Assembly: GCF_963921235.1 (NCBI RefSeq)
Contig: NC_086097.1
Location: 55,368,001-55,432,000, forward strand
Length of the DNA stretch: 64,000 nt
Direction: 5' to 3'
Source of the DNA: Mobula hypostoma
Lineage: Eukaryota
The notes under the pieces were generated by a model. It made no database searches. It saw nothing but the letters and a program-made list of their open reading frames with translations, and had not been told where the DNA came from. Shown one piece after another: positions 1 to 10,639 of this stretch (the first letter of the stretch is position 1; every line of letters starts with the position of its first letter). The position numbers and the translations under genes were made by a program.

Positions 1-193
1 TTCTTAACAAAACTGTCAACCTGTGCAGCAGCTTTGAGTGTCCTATTGACATGGACCCCAAGATCTCTCAGATCTCCACACTGCCAAGAGTTTTGCCATT
101 TATATTATATTCTGTCTTCAAATTGGACCTACGAAAATGAACCACTTCATGCATATCTGGGTTGAAGTTCATCTGCCACTTCTCAGCCCAGTT
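1..193 (-). mobile_element. CR1-clade LINE fragment (ORF2 C-terminal region), runs off window start
   Basis: Reverse complement reads AACTGGGCTGAGAAGTGGCAGATGAACTTCAACCCAGAT (NWAEKWQMNFNPD), matching the CR1 copy at ~53960-54150. Confidence 0.85.
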
Positions 194-883
194 CTAAGAA
201 AATTCCAGCTGTGCCGTAACAAAGGCTATGTTTGTGGGAGCATTTCAGTTACTCACATGGCTTAGAAAAAACAGTGTTCTCCGGTGACCATATAGACACT
301 GTGAGTTGCCCACTTTCATCACAGAACCTCTATTGACAACTCAGTGTCAGTAAGTGTGTTGGATGCAGGGTGGGTAATAAAGTGTGGATTGTGTAGCTAA
401 CAACATTAATTTGTACTAAAAAGGTCTAGGTGGGGGGGGGGAGCCTATCCTCATCCAAGCAAAGTATATTTTTCTAGGAACTCAGAGGGTGGAAGGTTCA
501 TACAGATGAATTATGTACGTCACTTCAACTTCAGTCATTTGTAAAATCTTGAACACCTAGTTTGATTGTCATATTACCCAAGCTTGCCTACTTTGATTTG
601 GAACAGCATTGTCACCATATGCAGCCCTGCCATTACTGATGACTTGGGAATGGTATTTTTCCTTGGTTACTGGTGCCAAATGCACAATGTAGAACCCTGT
701 GCACGCTGTACCCTATTTTCCAAAGTTCAGTTTTTTTTACTTCAGTAATGCAACAGAATTGACTGAAAATAAATTTCCATCCTTTCAACATCTTAATGGC
801 TTCTTTAATACTGGACTTTAGATAAAGTTCTTGATCTGTGTAGTCTTCTGTGGCGGTGTATTAGTTTGGGGCCTATACTTATA

Positions 884-1686
884 CAGTAGATTCTGGTTAA
901 TTCAGACACATCAGGACCAGTATATTTTGGCCCAATTAAGTGGCTGTCCTAATTAGCTGAAGTTTCATGTAAATAATTAAAGTATAAAAAAGACAAACTA
1001 CCATTTAACTGAGTAACAATTAATGTACTGTATTTAAATGAAATACAGAATCAATTAGAACACTACCAATTCTCCAGTACTATAAATCTGTGTTAGTCCT
1101 TAATAGTTATTGATAGAGGAATTCATCCAGTTTATGCTGCTGTGTTCTTAAGATTGATTGTAAATGAACAAAATCAGCATAGACACCTAGTGTAGATGAT
1201 GAGTGCATCCTCAAAATCTTCATTTTCATTGTAACGTTCAAGATGATGGTTGATACCTTTGGTAATTCCTAAGTTGTTGAAGTAGTGAGATTGTTTCATT
1301 CTCACTCCTTGCTGTTTCTGGTGTCTAAGCCTGAATGCTTGAAACAGTGGTGAACAAAACGGTTCTGAATTGTCTTGCTGCTTTTTTCTCACCAACTAAC
1401 AGTGACAATAATCGCTACTTTCTGAACACAAACACACACAACTGATGTTTTTTAAAAATTGTTTGCTCTAAGCATGTTGTGTTGTCTAACAGATACACAA
1501 GTGCATGTGACTTGATGCTAGTTAGAAACTCTTCGGCAAAAGTCTCCTGTCCCAATTAAGTGGCATAGTGCCCTGAAGAAACGAAGGGCCTGGCTATTTT
1601 CTTGATTTAACTTTTGTTCTTTAAGAGTTGTCCCGAATAAATGGCTGTGCCGATTTACTGATAGCCCAATTAACCAGAATCCACTG
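884..1686 (-). mobile_element. Non-autonomous Tigger/pogo-like (Tc1/mariner superfamily) DNA transposon
   Basis: TIRs CAGTAGATTCTGGTTAATT...AATTAACCAGAATCCACTG with TA on both sides. Internal YNENEDFED remnant is shared with copies at 58474 and 61302, which lie in the opposite orientation. Confidence 0.85.
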
Positions 1687-2986
1687 TATATGTATTGACC
1701 AGCAACAAATTTGAGTATTTAATTGGATTTTTCTGAATCGGAATCAATTTGGGTTTAGTCAGGAGTGATGTAAATGGTACTAATATAAATGGGATTAATA
1801 ACTCACTTTGTAAACAGTTGAAACCTAACCTGATTTGTTTTATTCTGACCCAAAAACAAACATATTCTAAATAGAATGGAAAGGAAATGAATAGTTTTTC
1901 ATCATTTTTGTCAACATGCATTATCTATTACTTGCACTATTTGAGCAATCATGTAAGCACTGTTACCCATATTCCCAGTGCTAATTGTGAAATTCTCAGA
2001 AGAAAATTCACATTTTATTTATTGGCTTTCTTTGAGAATAAAACCTTGTTGCTCACTTTAGTTCACATTGTACTCCGGCAAAGAGAACTTTTTGAGTAAT
2101 TTAAACCAGAGGAATGCCTGTAGGTCCTTTGGCTTCAAACACATGGTTGTCATTACAATCAAAGGCTTCTTTTAACTGTCTTTGGTGATTATTTCCTACA
2201 TTGTCAATACTTGACGGACACTGAAAAAACAAAGGAGTGTGATCAGTCTGAAAATAGATCAATCACATTGACCTCTATAGTCCTTTCCTCTGGAATAGCT
2301 GCCTTTTATTAACTAAGTCATGAACTTTTGCTCACCCTGTAACTTTAGTTTAGAAAAGGGATTAACAATTGCTTTGGAGAAACTGAATTTATTTTTTTAT
2401 TGATCCCATGGGTTTTAAAATTCTTGGTTGAAAGTGCAGCATTGTAGTCCACATTTTTTGCCAAAAAAAATTATTCCATAGATAATAGAATGTTTTAAAA
2501 GTAAGATGGAGAGAAATCTTTCAAAGTTCAATAAAATTCTGTTGTTGTGTTTCCAGAACAGCTAATTCCTCACTCAGGCCATTGTACCACTAACTTTAAT
2601 TGTCACCCACTTTAAAACAAATATTGAGATTGGTTTCTGATTTAACTTCACTTGTTGTCCAGCCTGAAAATAAATTATTGAAATGTTTAAATTACTAAAA
2701 ATAAACCCAAATGCTACAGAAAATTGATGGAAAACATTGCATTAAGAAGGTGATTAAAATTTGGATATGCTGGGCCGATTTTAATTTTCCTGCTTAGCGT
2801 AAATGCCATGGTAGGACCATACAAATGTCATCTGCTTTCTTAAGTGCCCTAAGTGCTAGATCTCCAGAAACCATGCAGTTTACAGAATGGAGGTATTTTT
2901 AATATGCAATTGGAACCCAATAACAACCATAGGAGGATGATATAACTGGTCTGAATTAATTATCTGCAGAAATTATTTTAATACCT

Positions 2987-3211
2987 TGCAGTATGCTGTC
3001 CCTGTGGCTGTATGGGTTTTCTCTGGGTGTTCCAGCTTCCTCCACATTCCAAAGAAGTACGGTTAGGCTTAGTGAGTTGTGGGCATGCTGTGTTGGCACT
3101 GGAAGCATGGTGACACTTGCGAGTTGCCCCAGCACAATCCTCGGACTGTTTTGTCATTGATGCAAAATGACACGTTTTGTTACATGTAACAAATAAAGCC
3201 AATCTTTCTTT
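2987..3211 (+). mobile_element. V-SINE (HE1-like) fragment
   Basis: V-domain-like GGGTTTTCTCTGGGTGTTCCAGCTTCCTCCACATTCCAAAGA followed by a tail ending AAATAAAGCCAATCTTTCTTT. Confidence 0.6.
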
Positions 3212-3469
3212 GAAACGGAATCCCTCCAAAACAGCTTGAAAATTTAAAAATTCTGTTATTTACATCAACCCAGTATGAAGTCAACCAATTGAATTAATGT
3301 TCCGTGGGCTGGAAATTCTGCCATCCACACTCTATTTGACATAATCATAACTCCGTATCTATATTGATGACCTTGACTCTTGCTGCCTACTTTCTGCAAG
3401 GGCTTAGTAAATCAGAACTCAAAGGCAATTAGGAATGCTGCTACTCCATAGGAAAGTCTACATGGGAAA

Positions 3470-4770
3470 CACCTCTGATCAAAAGTCAGATCAGACTGAT
3501 TTGCAAGGATGATAAGCATCTGCTTAATCTTTGAGGACCTGCAGGGAAATAAAACAGTGATTTCTGATGGATAGTTCTCAAGCAGAATGCTGAAGACATT
3601 TGACCAAATGTCTTATCACCAGAACTTTGCTCCCACTCCCATGCTTATGCATCAGATCAAGTATCATGTAGAATCCATCAGGAAAGATGTAGATGTGAGA
3701 GTGGAGGTACTTGGATCACTGTCTTCTGCAGAGATCAACTGATCTCTGCTCTTGGTGAGCATCGAAAACCAGTTCAGACTAGCCCTGGGTTTACAGTTAA
3801 GTGCAAGGTGTTTAAATTGGAAGTGGGGCTGGCTTTGTCTTCATTCCCATGTCCAACTACCATAAAGTGCAGGGAACGTGTATGAGCGAGGCCAGGCATG
3901 TGCCAACATATAGACAAAGTTAAGTAGAAACTAGGTTGGTGGGAGCAATGATCTCTCTCAAAGGTGCAAAAGTATTTGATTTTCCGGTACAGTCCTGCTG
4001 AGTGAGCGATGAGTTTGGCCTGTACCTGGATCCTGTACCCATCTGAGTCAGCTTATATTTTATCTGGAGATTGACGATGGATTGTGTCCACTGAGATGTG
4101 ACGTACATTTCTGTAGAGCAAGTTGGAGGACAAATTCACCCAACATGCTCTTCAGCCTGATGGTTACCTTTGGTGTTTTGCTGCATCATGCTGCATTTAG
4201 GCTCTGGGTATCCAAACAAAAGGTGTCCCCGCATGTTGCGGTTCCACCTGTTCCTGGTGTAGACAAAGATCGTTCTGGTTGTGTTGCTGTGGATGGTTTC
4301 ATTCAGTGAGCCATGTAGCTCCAACTTTCCCATGTAGAATTTTTTTTGTCAAAGAACATCTTTGACCACAAATCAATCACACAGTGGTCTCCACAAATTG
4401 TCTTCAGTCCCTGTGGGGGGTGGGAGGAAGTATTACAGCCTTGAGGGACTTGTAGATGTGATGAGACCACCATTCACTTCCTGGAATGGAAACTGCTAAA
4501 AGTGGTCAGGAAAAAGAGCAGCAGTCTTTGCTGAGATGCACCCCAAACAGCTGTGTAACAAGGGACCCTGTGCTCTACCATTCTCAACCAAGGTGTACAT
4601 GCAACAGCAACTATTCACTGCTGCTGGAAGATCATCCATTCACTGAAAGGCACCCTCTGGTTTGTGTAAAATTTGCTGATCTTCGAGTCCAGGACTAGCT
4701 CAAGATTGAATGTTTCGGACTGGCATACTTCCAGAGTCCAGGTTTTACATACTGAGAGAAGCTTAATATG
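3470..4770 (+). mobile_element. Highly degraded Tx1/L1-clade LINE ORF2 remnant (3' UTR may extend to the A-run at ~5300)
   Basis: Hand-translated pieces KTFDQMSY (RT KAFDR-like), KNIFDHKSITQWS, DETTIHFL, LRCTPNSCVTRDPVLY and IHCCWKIIHSLKGTLW resemble the Tx1-type ORF2 C-terminus. Many stops and frameshifts. Confidence 0.7.
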
Positions 4771-4976
4771 GACATTGTGATACAAGTTATGGGGAAAAGC
4801 CGTGGATTAAGAACATCTCACCATTGTACATTGTGGTGTTTGAATCCATGTAAAAATCCCTCTGGTTAATTACTCGTGAAATGTGTGTGGCATATAAGTT
4901 GGTGTCATTCTGATTAAAGTAAAATTTAAAGTACTGAAAATTGTGGTATATGAATGCTTGCAATTTTTTTAATATA

Positions 4977-5206
4977 AGCAACACACATCAAAGTTGCTGG
5001 TGAACGCAGCAGGCCAGGCAGCATCTATAGGAAGAGGCGCAGTCGACGTTTCAGGCCGAGACCCCTGTCCTGACAAAGGGTCTCGGCCTGAAACGTCGAC
5101 TGCGCCTCTTCCTATAGATGCTGCCTGGCCTGCTGCGTTCACCAGCAACTTTGATGTGTGTTGCTTGAATTTCCAGCATCTGCAGAATTCCTGTTGTTTG
5201 CGTTTA
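4977..5206 (+). mobile_element. Miniature Penelope-derived element: inverted pLTR fragment + pLTR with tail (palindrome)
   Basis: Perfect 89-bp inverted arms (4976-5064 / 5078-5166). Sequence matches the 3' end of the Penelope copy ending at 57421. 15-bp TSD AATTTTTTTAATATA (4962-4976, 5207-5221). Confidence 0.9.
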
Positions 5207-5954
5207 AATTTTTTTAATATAGTATTTTGGTTAATTTATTTGTTAGAAAACAAGTGTGCAATAATTACCTCATAAATAGATAACTTTTTTTAAAAAAAAA
5301 GGAGACTGCAACCTTAAGGTGAACGTGGGTAAATTGGCCTGATTGCTGGACTGTAGATATACAAGAGGAACTGCATGTGGTTCTTGTATATTTATGAGGT
5401 AATAAGAGCAGAAGCCTGTTTCTCGCTCCATAAAAGCACTTAGTCTCGCTTTGCCCACAGAGGATCTGTCCTCGAGATCGCTTCCCATTGTCCCAGGGCT
5501 AAGATTGCAAGCCACCTATACACTGAAGCCTTTAAATAAATAAATAGATATTTATTGCATAGATCTTGCCATTCGATTTACTATTTAAAAATATTTGACT
5601 TTTCAAACAGTTGGTAGAATATCTCTGGTGTGCTTCACGGGCATCTTCATTTAGAAGTATTATTTATGTAAAATTTTAGAAAATTGAAAATGCATATCTC
5701 TCACATTGTCATTTAAAACAGTAAATAAGCAGTAAAACTTTCCAAATTTTCAATGTTTTGCCACTTCCTGTCTCATTTTGTGTGTGGTTAGGAAAGAAAT
5801 TTTTTATGTAGGTTTTGAAACAGGTGGGCGTGTAGGGAGGGAGTGCTTCCTCTTGAAGGTGTGATGTACTTAATCAAATTTTGTAATCCCCTGTAGAGGA
5901 TTTTATTGTTGGAGTACTCATTTTCTTATATAATTATGATATAGAAATTAGAGG

Positions 5955-6500
5955 CATGGCAGTGCTTTGACTTTCTTAAAAGTTTGCATAGATTGAAGTG
6001 TCACCAAAAACTTTGACAAATTTATATAGATGCACAGTGGAGAGTATCCTACAGAGATACCAAAGCCCAGGAACAGAAAAGTCTACAGAAAGTGGTGGGT
6101 TCAGCTCAGTCCATCACAGGCAAAACCCTCCCCACTCTTCAGTACAGTGACGTGGAACACTGCCATAAGAAAGTAGTATCAAAGGCCCCTGCTATCCAGT
6201 CCATGCCCTCTTCTTGAACTGATGTGGATAACTTCTTTCACTATGGCTGTGAAAAGGTTTTATGACCTACAGGCTCACTTTCAAGGACTCCTTACAACTC
6301 ATGTTTTCAGTATTATTATTATTATTATTGGCACAATTTGTCTTTTGCACATTGGTTGTTTGTCCATCTTGGTTTATATATAGTTTTTCATAAAATTCTA
6401 TTGTATTTTTTTCTCTTGTAGATGCCTGCAAAAATTGAATTTCAAGGTAGTGGATGGTAACATGAACAAACCTTTGTTATAAATATTCATTGAACTTTGA
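5955..6500 (+). mobile_element. Rex1/Babar LINE 3' fragment
   Basis: PKTLTNLYRCTVESIL motif and a 3' UTR ending TTGAACTTTGA, shared with copies at 18690 and 29303. Confidence 0.75.
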
Positions 6501-7614
6501 AATACTATTACAATCCTCTTTCATTCTAAAAGAGAAATCCTATTTCCCCAAAGTTATTTTAAATTATTTTTTTCCCACAAGGCAGCTCACTAGTTTGCTC
6601 AGGTAAGATTTTTGAATAGAAAACAATTGACCAAAGCTTCATAATACAGCTCTTTAGTAGAAGGTTCCATAGAGATGAACATGAATAAACAAGTCATATA
6701 TAATGCCCATTATCTTGCCTTTATGAACAAGCAGTTTAATCAATAGCGGCATTTTGGTTGATTTAAATTGTGCAGTCAATCAGAAACATGGGTCAAAAGT
6801 TCCATCTAAGTACAGCTTTAATTTATGTGTGCTTTATCGTTAGGGGTTAATGGGTAGCATAACAGGATGCAGCTGCATGTAGTCATGACGAATCTGTGAA
6901 ATTGCCCCGTGATGGTTGGTGAAGGCAGAAAAAAGTATCACAGAAAAATTTCCCTGATCTGTGCTTTAACAAATCCCAATCACATTGCTTGCATGTGAAG
7001 TTCCTATTATTTTAAGAGGTTATTCTTTTCTGCAAAGTGCCTCTATTTAATTTTAACCAGTTCTTGATATGTTAAATTTTTTATCCTCTTCAATAAGAAT
7101 GAGGAGTTTATCATAAATAGCAATTCCCATTGAACCCAATGATCTTATCTGGCTTTAAATTGAATGCCAAAATACCCCTTTCATGTCCACATTCAAGTGG
7201 CATTTGAGTGGCTCTCTGTTCTCCTCAGTTGTTTAATAATAGACCATATTGCTACAAATATGAAACAATGTATTTGTCTCTTTTGCCAAAATGTCTCTTT
7301 TAAAATGTTTTAAACGTGGGCCTCAACCTTTTCCCTGTTCCCAAGTTGCTAGTTCCTTGCTGTTGCTCTTCTTACCTCTACTAATTCTCCAACCACATTT
7401 CACTCTCAGAGCCCTGGCAAGGCTTCTGTCTCCACCTTGACAGCTCTCTGTACACTGACTGACTCTCCACAGTTCGGCTGCATCCCCCTGTAGAAATGAA
7501 ACTTGAGCTCAGGGGCTGTAAGCTTGCACAATGAGCTTCAAAGGCAAATTTTTGTCTAAAAATAGAATAATTTCTGTGTTTATTTTCACATATAGTTATG
7601 GATGGCTCTATGTA

Positions 7615-7904
7615 TGAAAGGCATCTGTTAGTTTTGCAAGACCATGGATCTGCACCTGGAAAGTCTTCACTCTCCAGGGTGCAGACCAGCAGTTGCCCAT
7701 GCTGCAAGTCTCCCCTGTCCATGACACCAATATTGTCCAAGGGAAGGGCATTAGGACCCATACAGCTTGGCACCAGTGTCGTCGCAGAGCAATGTGTGAT
7801 TAAGTGCCTTGCTCAAGGACACAACACGTTCCCTCGGTTGGGGCTCGAACTCATGACCTTCAGGTCGCTAGTCCAATGCCTTAACCACTTGGCCACGTGC
7901 CCAC
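7615..7904 (-). mobile_element. tRNA-derived SINE, apparently full length
   Basis: Minus strand begins GTGGGCACGTGGCCAAGTGGTTAAGG (A box) ... GAGTTCGAGCC (B box), then CORE-like GTGTCCTTGAGCAAGGCACTTAA. TSD GGCTCTATGTA at 7604-7614 and 7907-7917. Confidence 0.85.
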
Positions 7905-9054
7905 ACGGCTCTATGTAACACACTCAATATATTAATATGCAAAAAGAAAATGTACTGTTACTTGAAATCGCAGTTTTAATATCAGGGTAGAGCAGATTTT
8001 AAAAGCCTATAATAATGGCTTTTATCTTCAATTTCCTATCCAATAAGTTACGTGGAATTTATCTTCAATCACATGAAACACAACTTTTGTTTCAGCGAGT
8101 AAGCTGTTTTGGTCAGGAGTCTATGATATAATTAGAGCCAGTATGAAATTCGCCTTGGATATGAAGTTGGTCCTGTACTTAAAATACCAGATCTGTAAAC
8201 ACGAGGCCTGGGCCAATAATCTAGAAATGTGATTCTACAAAACTGTAGAGTTTATAATTCAGTTAATTACGTAACCCACAATTAACTGGGGGGGGTGGGG
8301 GGAAGCCTTGCTTAGAATGAACATGAAACTTACTGGATTGTTAAAGATGTTTACTGATGACCTTCAGGGGAGGAAATCTATTGTCCTTCGCTGGTTCAGT
8401 TTATATGTAACTCCAGGCCCACCAGTGATGTTCCCTCTGAAATGACCCTTGGTTCAAAAGGATCTCTGATATTTTTAGTTGTGTTGCTGTTCAATGGGTT
8501 TTGAAAAACTAGGGAATTCTTTTGTAAGATATAGATGTTGTTGGTTAAGGGTATGTAGCATTAGTAGTAAGGGCTCTAAGTCATTTTGAAGAGTTCTCAT
8601 TGAAATAGTTTCCATGGATTGGTGTGTAGATTATGGATTTGGTGAAAAATAAAAACCAGGGTTTGTTGAGTTCCTTAGCTAGGACAAAGTATAATTTGTT
8701 GAAAGTTATTAGACAGCTCCAGTTTCCGGTAAAATTGAGCTGAAGAACACGTATAGGAAATGCATTTTTTTCCCCCAGAAAGAGCAATTTTTGCAAACCT
8801 ATTTAGATAATGCATCAGTAAAGTAAACAAATCAAGATGCATTGTGCATATTCCCCATTTTAAAATTGCATAACACATACAAGATGTGGAGCTTTTCCTC
8901 TGTGAAATCTGATCGTGTTTGTGGAGTAGTGAGTGATCTGATTTCAAGAGGTTTCACATTGTTCCATCTGTCAAACCTCAAAGTTCAGCTTGATGCACAG
9001 GAACAGAGTAAAACTACTACAAAAACATTCCATAAACCTAGATTACTCCATTAC

Positions 9055-9260
9055 CTGTGAGTTGGAATCTCTCCTCTCTTCCATCTCTCCTGCCTTTTTT
9101 TTTAAGATTCTTTAAAGCCACCTCTTTGACAAGTTTATACTTACTTGTCAATCTCCCTGCTTTGGCGCAGTCTGTTTTTATATGATTGTGTTTCATTGTA
9201 GATCCTAGGTATTTTTTTCTGCATGAAAGGCATTTTCATAGTGGGAAATGTTGGTGCTGA
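9055..9260 (+). mobile_element. Old L2-type LINE/SINE 3' tail
   Basis: TTAAAGCCACCTCTTTGACAAG ... TGAAAGGCATTTTCATAGTGGGAAATGTTGG resembles L2-family 3' ends; degenerate. Confidence 0.4.
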
Positions 9261-10639
9261 TCGAAATTGAAGAACAGTCTTTAAAATTTAGTGTAGTGTG
9301 ATTTAGTACTTGCTCAGAATCTGCAAAAATAGTTGCATAATACCTGTACATCAAAGAATTTTGAGAGCATTGAAACCCTTTGCTGTAAATTAACATTTTG
9401 TTTACCACTTTTAAACAATGGAGTGCATGATAGCTCCTTGAATGAATGGGTGTAATTTTACATGTCTTAAAGTTGAATTCATGATTCTTTTCAAGAACAG
9501 AACACATGTCTACAATGTATCTTTTCAATGTAACTTTGTCATCAGAATAACCCACAGTAAATATCAAAAACTGCAACTTCAAAAATAGGTTTTGACAATA
9601 GTGTTAAGTAGATGACAGCTTTACCTCTCCCAATTTCTACTTCTATTGACCTCAATTAGTTAAAAAAAATTGAAGAGAGTTAAGTTGCCACTTTGGTACC
9701 ACTCATTTCAGACTATTACACAACCTACCACTTCAAATTAGATGTGGTTGAAATGAGCATAAATGGGCACTTTAGCACTTGGACTGGGTTTCAGTTTTAA
9801 CATTGATTTCCATTTCGTTAACATGCATTATATCCAGACCATTTTACCCAACGGACGTCTGGATAGTGTCCAGCCTACTCATAAAACAGGTAATGGGCCG
9901 TATCTTAGCTATCAGATATCCAGGTGAGATTGTTTAATTTTAACTGTTCAGGTGCTTTCCTTGGGCTAGGAAAAAGCAGGAGTACAATTCTAGTTTTCTC
10001 AAAGGTACCTTAGTCCTCCCCATAATGGAGCTCACCCCTGCTCACTCCTGCCACAATCATACATTTTCCTGCTATCTGAGTTTGATTGAACTGTTGGGGG
10101 CTTTTCTCAGGAGGCTTGAGAGCAGTTTGATTTCCCCTCTTTCCCCTCACCCCCCACACACTGTTTCAACGTGCTTCAGCAGCAGATATTAATGAGAGGT
10201 AGGAATCAAAATTAGGCTTAATGCATTAGCATGATAACTCTTGCAACTTGCTGCACTATCAGCTTCCCATGTAGAATGAAATATTATTGGAACTGAACAG
10301 AACATGACTTGTTCCCATCTATTATTAGAGTTAGGCTTGCTCAATTAGACACTGTACCCGATTATACCTGATATACCTGCTGCTCAGAAGCGATTATCCA
10401 TAAATAATTGATGCTGAATTTTACACACTGAAAATGAGTTGTTCTTTCTGTATTGACATCCTACAGCCACTTTTTCTTTTATCAAGTGTCAATAGTCATG
10501 AATGTGGTCCAACATTTCTAACTTATGAATTGAAAAATGCCAAATGGAGAAGGAATATACTTTTATGTATTATTGTTGGCAATCTGTGGCATTCCAAAGT
10601 TCTTCACTGCCAACATGGTCACCATTATAATGCAAAATA

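Noticed and set aside
4136..4333. Minus-strand ORF resembling decayed gag zinc knuckles (WNRNMRGH...GNHQAEE)
   Set aside because: The plus strand of the same region gives a much better, collinear match to a Tx1 ORF2, and the key cysteines are absent.
7830..7904. tRNA gene
   Set aside because: A and B boxes are present, but they continue into a SINE body with TSDs and there is no convincing acceptor stem or terminator.
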